In this document: piece by piece, positions 1-15,922 of the stretch
How positions within the stretch are numbered: position 1 is the first letter of the stretch
How the letters are laid out: every line of letters begins with the position of its first letter
Translations under genes and position numbers: made by a program
The notes under the pieces: model-generated
Databases searched by the model: none
What the model was told of the DNA's origin: nothing
The model's input: the letters and a program-made list of their open reading frames with translations, nothing else
Origin: the human T2T-CHM13v2.0 reference genome, Homo sapiens
Length of the DNA: 64,000 nucleotides
Assembly: GCF_009914755.1 (NCBI RefSeq)
Contig: NC_060931.1
Strand: one strand, 5' to 3'

Positions 1-547
1 ACCCGCCCCTGTCCCACAACATCCCTCATACACAGCAGTTCCCAAGCAGAGGTACAAATGGGTAAGCAGGACTCAAATCTCAGGATGTGAGAGGGAGAGG
101 AGGACCCAGGGGCAGTATTTAATCTCATCCCAACACTTTCTTCTTATTTGACAGGTGATGAAGGCAATTCCCAGAGAGGTGGAGCCCTTCTTTTTAGCCT
201 AACGAATTGTTTCCCTTAACAGTCGTGACTCAGAGGAAATGCGTGGGCTGCAGTGATTTTTGTGATCTCTTGTGCCTGCCATTGGGTTGGGTAGGAGGTT
301 TCTGCTTTTAGACTGTTAGGACCAGCAGGGCCCAGCAGCAAGTAGAGCTCTGGATAAAGCTGCCCTGGCCTGTCTCCAAACCCTCCAACCCAGGCCATCC
401 CCACTTCTCCTGTACTGCCTCAGGGATTCCCGGTGCTTCTGCTGGTCCTGCATCCGGACACCTGACCCATCCCAGTGCAGTCCAGGAACCAGGAACTCAA
501 TTCGAGCAATTCTGGGCACCAAGCCTAGTGCTTACAAGAATTCCTGA

Positions 548-976
<429 letters not shown>

Positions 977-1749
977 TGAGCATCATCTATGTTCTTGCCA
1001 GGCACTACTTTTGCTGGAAATGCAGACCTAAAGGAGCTAGGCTGGGCTGCTGTCTTGGTGCCTGCCTTCTAAGTAGAGGGGACTGACAAAAAATAAGTTG
1101 ACAGGTAAGGCAGTTTTAGACAGAACATCTCATTCAGGCTCTGATCGAAATCTCCATTGAGGCCAGAGAGGAAGCTGCGGGACTGAGAACAGTCACTGAG
1201 TTCAGAGTGGAAGCTTTGGGGTAAAGCTTCCCCTAGAAGTGACTGAGCCAGGTAGACTTTGGAATGTGGTCGGAAGGCAACACAGCACAGTCGCTCAGTC
1301 CCTAATGAACTCTCTTCCTGCGATGACCTTGGCTTTTGTCAAAGCCTTGTACCAGGAATCTGCCACTATAATCGTGATTAAAAGTCTCTTAAGATCTTAC
1401 TCACCACATTTCATTGTGTTTCCTACAGAAAGTCTAAGATGAAACATTTTGTTAAGAACTTGGAGGAAGAAAAAAGTCCCTGTATTCTGATCATAAGAAC
1501 TAAGCTTTCCTTTTATCTTCTTGGCTGCCGAGAAGCTCAGAGAAGTGTCTGAATCTCAATTACTGCATTCTGTCCATCTGTTTTATAATTTGGAGAGAAT
1601 GCTTAAGAATGATAAAAGTGCCCTCTTATAATCGCCCATAAACAGGCTCAAATCCCCATTTCCTGCCACACGATGGATGACCTCAGAATTTTTATTAACA
1701 TTCTGAGCTGGGTTTTCTAGCAACCTGAGAATAGTGAAACTGGATAGTG

Positions 1750-2363
<614 letters not shown>

Positions 2364-3932
2364 TGATAATGTTTTAATGAGATGTACAACAGTCCGCTGC
2401 ATAGAGCAAATGCTCAGAACTATTTTTGTCTTCCTTCATATTGCTACTTCCTGATTTCTGTCTGTTTTGTATTTTCCTATTTTATTATACATTTCTTGGT
2501 TTGTAAATTTTCTCAAATCCTTTGTAGAAAAAGATAAGCTTTGATTTTTTTTTTTTTAAGTCCCATTACCCACCTGGTGGCGTAACAAAGCCGAGTGTAG
2601 GATAGCAAAAGCTGCAGGCATCTTCTTGATCAAAGTAAAATCTGCTCATGGACTAAAAAAGTATTACGTTCTTTCTTCCAACTAAGTAATGCCAGTTTCT
2701 ATAACCTCATCTTATATACTTTAATGAAGCTTCCTTCAAGGGCTGTGTATTTCGCTTACAATTTTTGATTCCTTGGTGTAGAGGCCATTTTTAAGAGTCA
2801 TTTTCTCTATTATAGACATGCCTTTGTCTGCTTTCTTTTCATTTCTGAGATGGCACTCACTCACGGCTTTATATTCCAAGACAGAAATGCTATTAATGAC
2901 TTAGTTAGATAAAAACTGACAGAGCAGAATCTTTTGTCTCCAGGTTCTTAAAAAAAAAATCCATGCATAATAACATGTTCCATCCCTAGAAGTGATGATT
3001 TTCTGCTTTTAAGATTCTGTTTTTTTACAGGTTTTGTTTTTGTTAATGTGCTATACTCCATGAGACTATCTTAAAACATATTAAACCCACAAGGCCTATT
3101 CCAAGATTAAGAAAAAAAGAAAAACAACAAAGAGCATATCACTTAATTCAAAACATTTCAACAATTACGATGTCATTTAAGTTGGAAAGCAAAACAAATA
3201 AACAAAACATTGGTGGCTCTTCTGCTACAAATAGGAAAAAAAAACAAAAACAAAAAAACCAGCAGATGGTTTTTACTCCCATAGCAGGGCACTTTGTACA
3301 GTGTATTTAAATTGCTCTCAGAGGCTCACTTATCAGACCCATTTTTTCAAGCGTCAACTAAAATCTATGCTTGACATAGCCCGTAACTAGGGCCACGTGA
3401 TTACAACCAATAACTGGAAAATTACAGTGTTATTGAAACTATTGCTGATATTCTTGTGGTCCTCCTATCAGTTCATATTGTCTATCACCAAAGGGAAAAG
3501 AAGACAAAAGATACTTGAGTTATTAGTGGGTTGGAGAAAAGGCTGGGAGAAATTTAGTGATATCCGTTGATTTCCCATCCATACAGAGATTGGGAGGGCC
3601 ACCCTTTGCAGAGAGGAAAGAGAAAGGAGGTCTCCTGTTGGGGAGATCTGCTTTAGAGGTTAGGAAGAATGGTGGAGTTGTAAGACATTGGAATCACTGT
3701 CTAGGAAAACAGTGGCCTTTTATCCAGGGCTATTTAAAAACAGGACAGAGCTTCATCTATCTCCCACAGTTCAGATGTGAAGAGAGAATGATTAAATTGC
3801 TTCTTCCAGACTGATGAGTCTATAGTATATGCTAGAAACACTTGTGAATGTCTGGGAGAAACATAGCCACAAACGAATTGCATGTTGAGCAATCAGCTCT
3901 ATCCACCTGCTGTGTTCAAGAAGCAACTGTTG

Positions 3933-4056
3933 ACATTTGCTCAAATGTGCTCACCACAAACCAAAACAAAATAAAATAAAAATGGGGTAAATAGGTGAGG
4001 GATGGATGTGCTAGCTAACTTGATTGTGGTAATCATTTCACTATATCTATATATAC

Positions 4057-4089
<33 letters not shown>

Positions 4090-4620
4090 GTGAAATGTAT
4101 TATTATATATTATATATACTGTATATCTTATATATTATAGAACATATAATATATAATATATAATATACAGTATATATAATATATTATATATTATATTATA
4201 TAATATATAATACAACATATAATATATAAATATAATATATTATATATTATATATGTTATATATAATATAACATATAATATATTTATATATAATATATTAT
4301 ATTATATATTATATATTTATATATAATATATTTTTATATATTATAATATATTTATATATAATATATTTTTATATATTATGATATATTTTATATAATAATA
4401 TATAATATATTTATATATATTATATGATATATTTATATATTATATGATATATTTATATATTATATGATATATTTATATATATTATATGATATATTTATAT
4501 ATAATATAACATATAATATATTTATATATATATAAAATCTTCACATTGTACACCTTAAAAGTCATACAATTTTATTTGTCAATTATACCTCAATAAAGCT
4601 GGGAAATTAAAAATAAAAAG
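3933..4620 (+). mobile_element. Old L1M (L1MA/L1MB-like) 3' end
   Basis: ttgattgtggtaatcatttcac...cattgtacacctt...gtcaattatacctcaataaagctgg; flanked by agcaactgttg direct repeats (3922-3932, 4622-4632). Confidence 0.75.
4043..4534. repeat. ~490-bp AT-rich (TA)n-derived low-complexity tract with a tandem 20-mer
   Basis: Almost pure A/T; tatatgatatatttatatat occurs 3 times exactly at 4421-4480, plus a fourth offset copy. Confidence 0.95.
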
Positions 4621-4750
4621 GAGCAACTGTTGTGAGTCTTTAATAAAACATCTGTTTAGGACATGATGGAATACAATTTTAAGTTCATCTCCTTCCTACA
4701 TAACTTTGTGTTCATATCTTTATTTTCTTCTATGTACCATCTACTACTAA

Positions 4751-5080
<330 letters not shown>

Positions 5081-6049
5081 TAAGCCATCTTAAACCCTTT
5101 CTGGAACAAGAAGGGATATCACTGAATAAAATAATTTCTATAAATTAAAGCTTTGGGGGCTTTTCATGGCAGGAATTATGCCAGGTACAGGGGATATACA
5201 GAGGAGAAAACTTCACAGTGTAGGAGTGAACATGGACAGATCAACTAGCAACAGTACCTAAGAATCCCTGCAGGGGAATGGGATTCCTGTGCATCATGGA
5301 GCAGAAAGTTCCACTCTTGGGAATGGGAAGGAGGCAAGGAGCGGTTACAGCAGAGTTGGTGCTGGAGCATAATTCTGATGCAGAAGTGCAGATCCTGCCT
5401 GCAAGTAGGAATGGGGAGGATGTGTGCAAAGACAGGGTGGTGGGAGAGGGGGGGGTGCAAGGGACGGCTTTGAGGCTGCCCTGCTTACCCCGGACAAATG
5501 TCATCGTTCCAATCCAGTAATCACTGACAAACGTCTTCTTTGACTAATGTTTCCTTCTCTACCTTTGCTCTCACCATGTGGACAGTGATCACTGGCGTAA
5601 TTTGACAGTTTCAGGAGAGTTCTCTAGTTTCCAGGGGATTTTGGTAAAAATACAATAGCAGAATTGTCTTCAGCAAAAGAGAAAGACCCTACAATCCTTT
5701 TGAGGCCCTGATTGAAACCACGTACATAAAAATCTTTATCTTAGGCTCTTCATCATGAATGCAAATATATCCTACTCAATCGTAAACCTTACAAATAAAG
5801 GAGCCTCTCCCCTGAGCACCAGTATATAGAGCACCTTTACAAACACACTAGGCTGTGTAACCCTTGGCACTTTGATTTTGTAAGAAAACCTGAAGGTTTC
5901 TTGAATTTAATGCAAGTTCATAAGAGTGAGGACTCTGGGGTGACATGAAGGAAGCCTGTTCAGTGACGGAGCCTGGCTGAGTGCCCAGGCCCTATGTCTC
6001 AGTGAGGTTTCCTTCCTAAAGCATTACCAGTAATATCTTAGCAAGAGAT

Positions 6050-6215
6050 TTTTATTTATTGAGCAGGTACTGTACTAAGAACTTGACTTGCATTGTCTCA
6101 TTAAATTCTGACAACAGCCCATTTACAGAGGAGGAAACCGAGGTCCAGAAAGATTAAATTGTCCAGTGATAGACCCACAGCTGGGAAGCTGGTAGATGCT
6201 GCCTCAGCTTTGATT
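6050..6215. mobile_element. MIR remnant
   Basis: cccatttacagaggaggaaaccgagg MIR core motif. Confidence 0.65.
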
Positions 6216-7905
6216 ATGGTCTAATTCATAATTATTTTGAATCTCTGTAATACTGTAAGATGGTATTAGCCCACTTAAAGTATGTGGGAACTAAACAAAC
6301 CTTGTGCTCTTGCAGCAGCCTTTCTGTTTGGGGATTTTACAAAGGTCTCTGGACAGAGCCTCCTGGAGGGCTGTCAGTTTACTGAGATCCTCCCTGAACT
6401 GCCCAGAATAGCCATGGTGCCTTGAGATAGGTGGGTGGTTCCTGCTTCCCTGGCCTTCAGCGCTTTGCCAGTCTTCCTGAGAGGAGGGATGGTTTCCAGG
6501 CAACACCATGGTCCATCTATTTTCATACTGCTATAGTGACAAGCATTTTGAAAAAATAAGAAATATGGCCCCAATAAGGTGATGAGATGCTTTTTGGAGT
6601 CTGTCTTGTCTGCCTGTCATAATTCTGCAGCAACCATCAGTAGGGCCAAAGGAATTCCAAACAGGAGACAGAGATGAGTGAAAGGGCCTGCCTGCCCCAT
6701 GGCCATAGAGGACCAAGACTCAGAATGCCAACGCTGTGCTTTCTCAGGCTAATAGACTTTTTACAACATCCTGGTCTTGGAGGATGGAAAAAGTGCAGGC
6801 CTAAATTACTGCTAACTAGATTGATCTAACTGAAAGAGTAGACTATTGCTGTGGTCTGCTCATCATAGCTGGTAAACAAAAAGTCAATAATTTGCATTTG
6901 ATTAGGTGCATAAGAAGTTACAGTTCCTGGGATCTAAACTTCATGAGTCAACACTTTTTTAGGCCTTAATCTTCTCTTCTTGAAAACTACATATAGAACA
7001 ACATGAACTTCAATAACCAGGACCCCCCAAAAATGTTCATTTAAACGCAATTTTAATATACTTTGATGAAGTCAGAATCACCCTTGCTTGTTTCTGCATG
7101 AGTTCTATTTGCTGCCTGTCCTTCTGTATTTTCAAAGTTATCTGTGCCCAAAACGAGTTAGTGCTCTGCATCAGGTTGGCTCATTTTAAGTGCTCAAAGT
7201 TGTAAACAATACAAAAATGCATTTTTTCTCATCAGGTACAATGTTTTCTACAATAACATTGGCTCCAAGGGAGATACAGTCCTCTGAGATTGGATTTTAT
7301 TGAAAATCATCGTATTCAAAGAGTACTAGGATGTTTGAAATCCTTCATAGAAACTTCATACAGCCCGAAGGCATTCTGTAGAGTGAAAGATGTAAATGGA
7401 GGAGTGACTGCCTCACCCAGCAGGGACCACTCCTAATTCTGGGCTGTGTGTAGGGACCTGAATGCTGCAGGGATCACTCAGAGGTTAATAATGATAATCA
7501 TCGTTTGCCTTAAAGAAGGATAAAATCAGATCCAATCTAATTGACGTTGGAGAACTCGAGGGATGGCATTTGGTTGGGGAATAGTCACACCTTCAGGGTC
7601 ATTCTGCACATCCCAGTCCTTCTGGTATCAAGTGGGTTAGAGCCGGGAGAGGCAGAGACTCCAACAAAACATGGAAACGCAGGACACCCTGGTGCACTTG
7701 TGTTTTTGTTCTTGCTGTCCCCGTGTGAACCCAGAGCTGCAGCCTTTGTCACGAGGAAGATGCTCTATGCCATGTTTCATATCTGCCCAGCAGGGCAGCT
7801 CACTCACAGCGCGTGTCTCCCAGCACATCTTTCGTTTTCGTGTGATGACGGTGACTGAGTTGCCGGCGTGCCCTGACCCTGCTCACTGTCTCTTTGCTCC
7901 CACAG

Positions 7906-8230
7906 AATCTGTACCAGAACAGGTTTTTAGGCCTGGCCGCCATGGCGTCTCCTTCTAGAAACTCCCAGAGCCGACGCCGGTGCAAGGAGCCGCTCCGATA
8001 CAGCTACAACCCCGACCAGTTCCACAACATGGACCTCAGGGGCGGCCCCCACGATGGCGTCACCATTCCCCGCTCCACCAGCGACACTGACCTGGTCACC
8101 TCGGACAGCCGCTCCACGCTCATGGTCAGCAGCTCCTACTATTCCATCGGGCACTCTCAGGACCTGGTCATCCACTGGGACATAAAGGAGGAAGTGGACG
8201 CTGGGGACTGGATTGGCATGTACCTCATTG
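7906..8230 (+). CDS. HECW1: HECW1 coding exon (325 nt, phase 0 to 1): [32 protein letters not shown]...DWIGMYLI
   Basis: Acceptor tctctttgctcccacAG (7904-7905), donor G|GTGAGT (8231). CpG-rich relative to flanks. Translation matches the N-terminus of human HECW1/NEDL1 as I recall it. Confidence 0.97.
7936..7945 (+). promoter_or_regulatory. Perfect Kozak context GCCGCCATGG at in-frame internal ATG (7942)
   Basis: Read directly; ATG is 36 nt into the exon and in frame. Confidence 0.8.
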
Positions 8231-9449
8231 GTGAGTAGAATGTGCCAAGTGTATTATTCATAATTCACTTTTACATATGCTGTCACATTTTAATAAACTC
8301 TACAATATAATTAAAATATACAAGCAACTGTGTTATATGCCAGATTCTAACACACTGAAGACCACTGTTGCATGACCTTGTTTTTCTGCAAAATGGACAA
8401 TAAGGTCTCTCTTGCCATCTCCATTCCATGGAAGAAAATCATGAGATATAGCAGAGTCAGGTGTGGTTAAACACAAATGTCATTATCATTTGCAACTATA
8501 GAAGCTCTTCTACTTGTGAATAAGTTAATATCAAAGCCTGTTTTTAAGTCTATGTGCTTATAAGACAAAGTAACACCATATGCCCAACCAATGTATGTAG
8601 AGGTAATTTCACTTTAGTTTCCAGCATAATCTTTGCCAGCTCTTCCAACATTCTTACTGCTTTGTATTCAACAGACAAGCTGGGATTATACTCACAGGCA
8701 TACAGGCATGGTGTTGGAGAAAGTTGACTTGCCTTACTTTAGGTGGAGATTTATTCAAAATTTTGAAAGTTCCAAAGTTGAAAGTTTACTAGAAGAAATT
8801 GTTCTATGTGAATTTTCTCAGGTCTTTGCAAACAAAACAAATTATGCAAATAAGTTGGATGCTGAGGCAATTATTTTTATGAAAGTTTCACCATTCCCAC
8901 GGATTGGTTTTGAAAATCTTATAATTATGAAAACCAATTTAAATGAAAAATGTATTTCATCTATTTTATGTGATAGAATCAGCTGTCATGGAAATTGATG
9001 TGTTTACCCAAAAGTCGAGTTATAATTGCTGGAAGGCCACAAGAGTCAACAGATTCAACACCGGGTCATCCGAGGCCAGGCCTTCTGCCTTCAGTCTGTG
9101 CTCTGCAACATTTGCACATTCAGACACACAACACCGGATTTAACATCACAGAAAGTAATGGATTGTTATGAGTAGTTTACAACCTGCACAGTTTTTCTGA
9201 TAAAATAAAAGGGATCTTAGCTGACTAACTAGTTCTCAGGGAAATATTCTTGGGTCTCTTAAAGGTTTTTCCATCAGCTTGGTTAGTGCGTTTATAATAC
9301 ACACATTAATGTAAAGATGGAGGTACATAAATTGTTGAAATTTTTACACAAATAGCTGTGACTAGCTGAACTGGATTTCCAAAAGTTAAAATTGAATTTA
9401 TTTCTGAAAAAAAATTGTTCTTGAATAAAAGTAGATACTATAGATTAAG

Positions 9450-10070
<621 letters not shown>

Positions 10071-10080
10071 CGAATCTAGG

Positions 10081-10259
10081 GTTTTGGTTTGATTTGGTTT
10101 GGTTTTGGTTTTGGTTTTGGTTTGTTTTTTGGTTTGGTTTTTTATTGAAATGGAGTCTCACTATATTGGCCAGGCTCAAACTCCAGGGCTCAAGTGATCC
10201 TTCAGCCTCAGCCTCCCAAAATGCTGAGATTACAGGCATGAGCCACCATGCCCAGCCCA
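10081..10259 (-). mobile_element. Alu monomer (FLAM-like) with (TTTTGG)n tail
   Basis: Single left-arm-type monomer; atctag repeats on both flanks. Confidence 0.8.
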
Positions 10260-11563
10260 GATCTAGTTTTGAGTCAACTCAAGGGCATCTTCCCGCAGCT
10301 GGTGAGTGCTGATGTTATTCCTCAAGTTAGGTACCCACTGGAAGAGAAGCCTGTTTGGGGAGAAGGTAATGAGCTCAAGATGGAATTACTGAGTGTGGAA
10401 CACCTGAGGGACGTGCGTCCACAGTGAGTGAATGAATGAATGGTTCTGAAGCTCAACCAGGGATCCGAGCTAGGGTTGTAGATTTGGGATAACAGACACC
10501 TTGGGGGTGGATAAGCTCACTCTAGTGTTGTGTATAGAAAGAGAGCACCAGATAGTCACAGTGAGAGGGGGCAGGGGAGAGGCAGACGAGGAACTCAAAC
10601 AGAAGAAGAGGAGGTGGTGAAGGGGCAGGATAACCAGGAGACTAGAGAGAACAAAGAAGAGGGTAGTAGAGGAGGGGGTGGGTAGCCATATCAGGTATTA
10701 CGAAACTCCATGAATGAATAAGATCTGGTGTTAACATGACATTTTGACTGAGACAAAAGTAACCACAACTTATCATCCTAGAACCTTAATTTGACAGTTT
10801 GTTATTCTCATTGTAGCTACACATATATAACTGTGAAGTTATGTAATGCAAAATGCCAACACTTTCAACGGCATAGCATTTCAAAAATAACTTCCAAATC
10901 CGAAATTGTCTGTGAATCTTAAAAGTCAATAATGTGTAAGTCCTTAGTAGCTTATCTTCCACATTTTCCGTGCTTTGCCAGAGATCAAATCAGAGATCTA
11001 GGCTGAGAAATGTAGAGATGGTGATTTCATCTCATCTGTCATTTCATGAATGAGGAGATGTCGAATCAGTGGCTCCCACAGTCACACAGCTGCCTCCCCT
11101 GGCTCAGGACTCATGCTGCCACAGGGGTAGCACAGCATTGTGGTGCAGTGTTGGGTATGGGCCATGGCACATCCGTGTGCCATCAAATGTCCAGCAGAGG
11201 CCAGGGTTGTGATGCTTTCAGCATGGTAGGACTTCTAGAGCTCTCAAAGCAAATAGGACTGTTCTGACATAAGAGGGGGAAGATACCTGGATGTAGAGGG
11301 TGAAGTGTGGCTGCTGATTTATGGAACCCAACTCTTGAAGAATTAAAGTTTTTCCTTTACATCAGGCACCCTATTAGAATCTAGAAGAGCAGAAGCTGTA
11401 TAAGGCACAAACAGAATTCTTGTGTCCAAAGAAACAATATGAAGGAAAGGCCACAGAAGGGGAGAAAGTGGCATTGATTTTTAGGAGCTCCTCTATCACT
11501 TTATGCTTAGAGTTCCTGCTTCTGCAAGAGAATGGCGCTTCTACATCATTGGCCTAGTAGTAA

Positions 11564-11944
<381 letters not shown>

Positions 11945-12591
11945 TAGTGAAGTCATGGTCCAGCCACAGTGGGAGAATCCTGGGAGATTTTTTCCCAAGA
12001 TTTGGTTGTCAGAAAGCATGAATTACTCTGAAAAATGGAAGCCATATCTTTTTTCTGATGGGTGTAGGAGACCTGGGTAGTATATTGATTCTCTCTTTTA
12101 ATCAGTTATGGGCTCACTTGCTCATTCCACTCTTAACAGCAATAGCATGTTTGTTGTCCACTCTTCTATTATAGATTATGGCATGGAAATCATAGCTATG
12201 ATTTTTATTTTGAAGACAAATCCAGAGAAAATATATTACTTGTTTCTTAGGTATGTCTGTTTCTGTAAGCTTCATTAGACCTTTCTGATTAAAATTATAA
12301 TAATCCACAAAGATCCTTTCTCTATTATAAACTGAGGAGCAGGTGGTAGGATTCTACACACCAGAAGAAATGCATACCACTCAGAAAATGTAATCTTTTC
12401 CTGAGGAACTTTTCTGTACATGTTCTGTACAAAATGTACGATGACAAAATCTTGAACAGTACTGATGTGAGCTAGTGCTTCAAGTTATTATTAATGGTTT
12501 TACATAGTAAGTGTCATAGGGATTTGCAATAGAGGGCCCTATTTTTGGCCCAGATTCTAAGCAGAAATAGCTGCTTATTAGATGTTGGACA

Positions 12592-12737
12592 CTGGTCTAA
12601 GACCACTAGCTGTATTAGCTCAAGGAATCCTTTCAACAAGATTTTGAGGTAGGTACTTATAGTATTTATCCTCATTTTGTAGTGAGTGATTAAATAAACT
12701 GCCTAAGATCACATAATAATGGTAGATGTAAGCTTCC
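12592..12737 (+). repeat. Left arm of 146-bp inverted repeat (MIR-derived)
   Basis: Reverse complement of 13271-13416 with 5 mismatches by manual alignment; tcctcattttgtag...ctgcctaagatcacata is MIR-like. Confidence 0.95.
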
Positions 12738-12884
12738 TGCCTCAAAGGGGATGTAATATTGCTCCCACAAAGAGGCTTCCATCATGACAAGAATGCAGAA
12801 AATAACAGCCTCCTGGTAGAGAGCCTAGAGCACCCATTCCACACTGAGGTGGAGAGTGTGGCTTGGCCCACAGCATCCATTCCA

Positions 12885-13146
12885 GTTCTCCTCTCCCCTC
12901 CCCTTTTCTCTCCTCCCCTCCCCTCCCCTCCCCCCTCTCCTCTCCTTTCCCCTTCCCTCCCCTCCCCTTCCCTCCCCTTCCTTCTCCTCCCCTCTCCTCC
13001 CCTCCCCTCCCCTCCCCTCCTCCCCTTCCCTCCTCTCCCCTCATCCCCTCCCCTCCTCTCCTCCCCTCCCCTCCTCTCCTCTCCTCTCCCCTCCCGTCTC
13101 CTCCCCTCTACTCTCTTCTTTCCTCTCATCTCCTGTGCCTTCCCCT
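12885..13146. repeat. (CCCCT/CCTCT)n polypyrimidine tract, (GGGGA)n on the minus strand
   Basis: ~260 bp of nearly pure C/T. Confidence 0.95.
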
Positions 13147-13270
13147 AGTGCAGAATCTGGTCCTCTAAATTTACATTTCCCAGACTCCCATGCAGCCATG
13201 TTCTGGATGCAAATTCGATTCATTTAGCTGCACCTGTGCAAGATCGGGAAGGTGAATATGTGAAATGTGG

Positions 13271-13416
13271 GGAAGCTTACATCTACCATTACTATGTGAT
13301 CTTAGGCAGTTTATTTAATCATTCACTACAAAATAGGGATAAATACTATAAGCACCTACCTCAAAATCTTGTTGAAAGGATTCCTTGAGCTAATACAGCT
13401 AGTGGTCTTAGACCAG
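13271..13416 (-). repeat. Right arm of 146-bp inverted repeat
   Basis: ggaagcttacatctacc...agtggtcttagaccag is the reverse complement of 12592-12737. Confidence 0.95.
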
Positions 13417-14093
13417 GCTCTTGGGCCTGTGGCTGCTACAAGCATGGCCTTGAGAAATGGAGCTTTTCTGCAGCAGCGTCCTGTGTCTACTCTCTAGCTT
13501 CCTGGACACCAACAGGCAGTGGGGGTGGGGGCAGGCAGTGACCTACTCCGCTTGCCACTGGCTGGTCACTGTCTTCGCCGGTGGAGAGACAGCCGCCATG
13601 GCCTGGACAGCAGCCTCCTGCCCTCCAGATTGCAGTGACTGTACTGAGTTTTCATATTCAGCAGGTCCCAGGGCAGCCCTTGCGAGTGAGGCAAAGGCAT
13701 CAGCCTCGTTGGAGAGCCAGTTAGGCAGTTATCCTGATTCCAGAGGCCCTGCCTAGAGTCCACTTCTCCAGCCCTGAATTCCCTGCATTAAATCCCTTTC
13801 TGCATAAAATATGTAGACTGATTTTGGATTTCTGCAGCTGACCCTGTCAATGCAGTTTGATTCCTAAGCAAAGACTAGTAACTTTTCTAACAACTGGTAA
13901 CAAATGCCTTTGGGGAAGGGTTTGACCTCTCAGCCCAGGCAAGAATACTGACTACTCTATTTTTCTTGTGTGATACTTGTGATTAAGTGTTATTGTTAGT
14001 GTGAGGGAAGGGGATGCTTATCAGGACTAACAGCCAGTCCTTTAAAATATATTGTGTTTAAATGTGTACAGCAAAATATACTTTTTTCTCATT

Positions 14094-14095
<2 letters not shown>

Positions 14096-14136
<41 letters not shown>
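14096..14136. repeat. (TG)n microsatellite
   Basis: About 20 TG units. Confidence 0.97.
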
Positions 14137-14140
<4 letters not shown>

Positions 14141-14239
14141 CATCCTCGTCATCCTTTGCTGATTCTTCCCACCTCCCCTTCATCCTTTTCTCATTCATGT
14201 TCCTGTGGTTCCTTGATAATTAACCCCCTTTTGTACATT

Positions 14240-14405
14240 CTATATTCTAATGAAATTACCTGTTTTCTTGAATAAATCTCCAAATATATTAGAAACTCCC
14301 TGAGAACATAGACCGTGACTTGTTCACCAGTGTATCCCCAGGGTTTAGCACTATGTCTGGAACAGAACAAAGTACCCAATACCCATTATCTCATGCATGA
14401 ATGGA
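14240..14405. mobile_element. L2 3'-end remnant
   Basis: aaactccctgagaac...ttgttcaccagtgtatccccagggtttagcac resembles the L2 terminus. Confidence 0.6.
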
Positions 14406-15389
14406 CATCCTTCTTCCAGGTGTTATTGTCTATAAATCCCTGACCGTGACTATTAAAGGGAATATCCCAGTGATCAGAGTGGAGAAATTCGGGGAAATAC
14501 TATCCCTTGGAGAACTGCTATAATGAGGCAAATTTCTACCTGGGTGTGAAACTTGTTATATCTCTGCTGAAGACCCAGGGAGCTAGGAAAATATTATGCC
14601 TTTTTGCAGAAATGAGGCAATTACTGTAAAAGATGTATTATGCAATCTTCATGGTAACCCAAACAGGGCTGTGAGCACACACTGTGAATAAAAAGACAGG
14701 CAAATTTTGCAAACAAGCGATTTTCCAAAGGATACAAACAGTTCTTATCGGTAATGAGTGTTCATTTGCCCAGTCATTTTTTTGCCAGAGAAGGGGCAGC
14801 CTAAAATGTGCAATCCACATAGCAGATTACAAGTAGGCTTACCAGTTATCTCATTTAGTGCTCCCCTGTAAGTACTCCCCACTTTGCAGATGAAGAAAGA
14901 CTATAGAAGTGACACTATTGGCAAATGGCACAAAAGGCAAGAGCTGGGCCCTTTGGCTTCAAGCTCAGTGCTTTTTGCACTTCATCTCTTGTCTGTTTTC
15001 TCAGTCCAGCCAGATGCAGCATGTGAACTGCAGGGTGTCAGGAGAGAAAAGGGCAATCATGAAAAGGGCTCTCTGCAGAGCTGGGGCTCTGGGCCTGCCC
15101 TCAGGTGCCCTTGCCCAGGTTGTCCCTCCAGCCCCTACGGTGGATTTGGACTCTCAAAACTTGGTTTTCCCCACAGCCTCAGATCCACCTAGCTCAGATT
15201 ATTTCTGGTGAAGTGGAAACTACAAGGGCTCCATAGAAGATCAAGGTGAAAGCCACATCCCTGTCTTAGTCTGCACTGAAAGTGTGGGGTCTGGAACCAA
15301 GGAGGTGACAGGCAGCTTGGTATTCTCAGATCTGTCCTCCTCAAGAATGCCGCATTTCTCTCCAGGCACTGGTTTTAAAGAGAACATCG

Positions 15390-15711
<322 letters not shown>

Positions 15712-15884
15712 AGAACATCGATAGGTTGCAAAGTGATGAGCAGAGAACAGCAGGAGGTGAAAGCACACTGTCACCCAGAGCTCCTCCCAGGCCTCGTCTC
15801 CTCCCTCAGTGCTCTCCTGACCACCCGCCCCCCACCCGCCGGCCTCCTTCCTTGTCACTCTCTATCACAGCACCCTGTTCTTTT

Positions 15885-15886
15885 CC

Positions 15887-15922
<36 letters not shown>

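Noticed and set aside
7927-8175. Antisense 82-aa ORF over the HECW1 exon
   Set aside because: Expected shadow ORF of a GC-rich coding exon; no independent support.
12742-13227. Overlapping Pro/Ser-rich and Gly/Arg/Glu-rich ORFs
   Set aside because: Artefacts of the (CCCCT)n tract.
13430-13850. Possible ERVL LTR (LTR16/33-like) remnant
   Set aside because: Only a weak terminal motif (attaaatccctttctgc) recognised; too uncertain to list as a feature.
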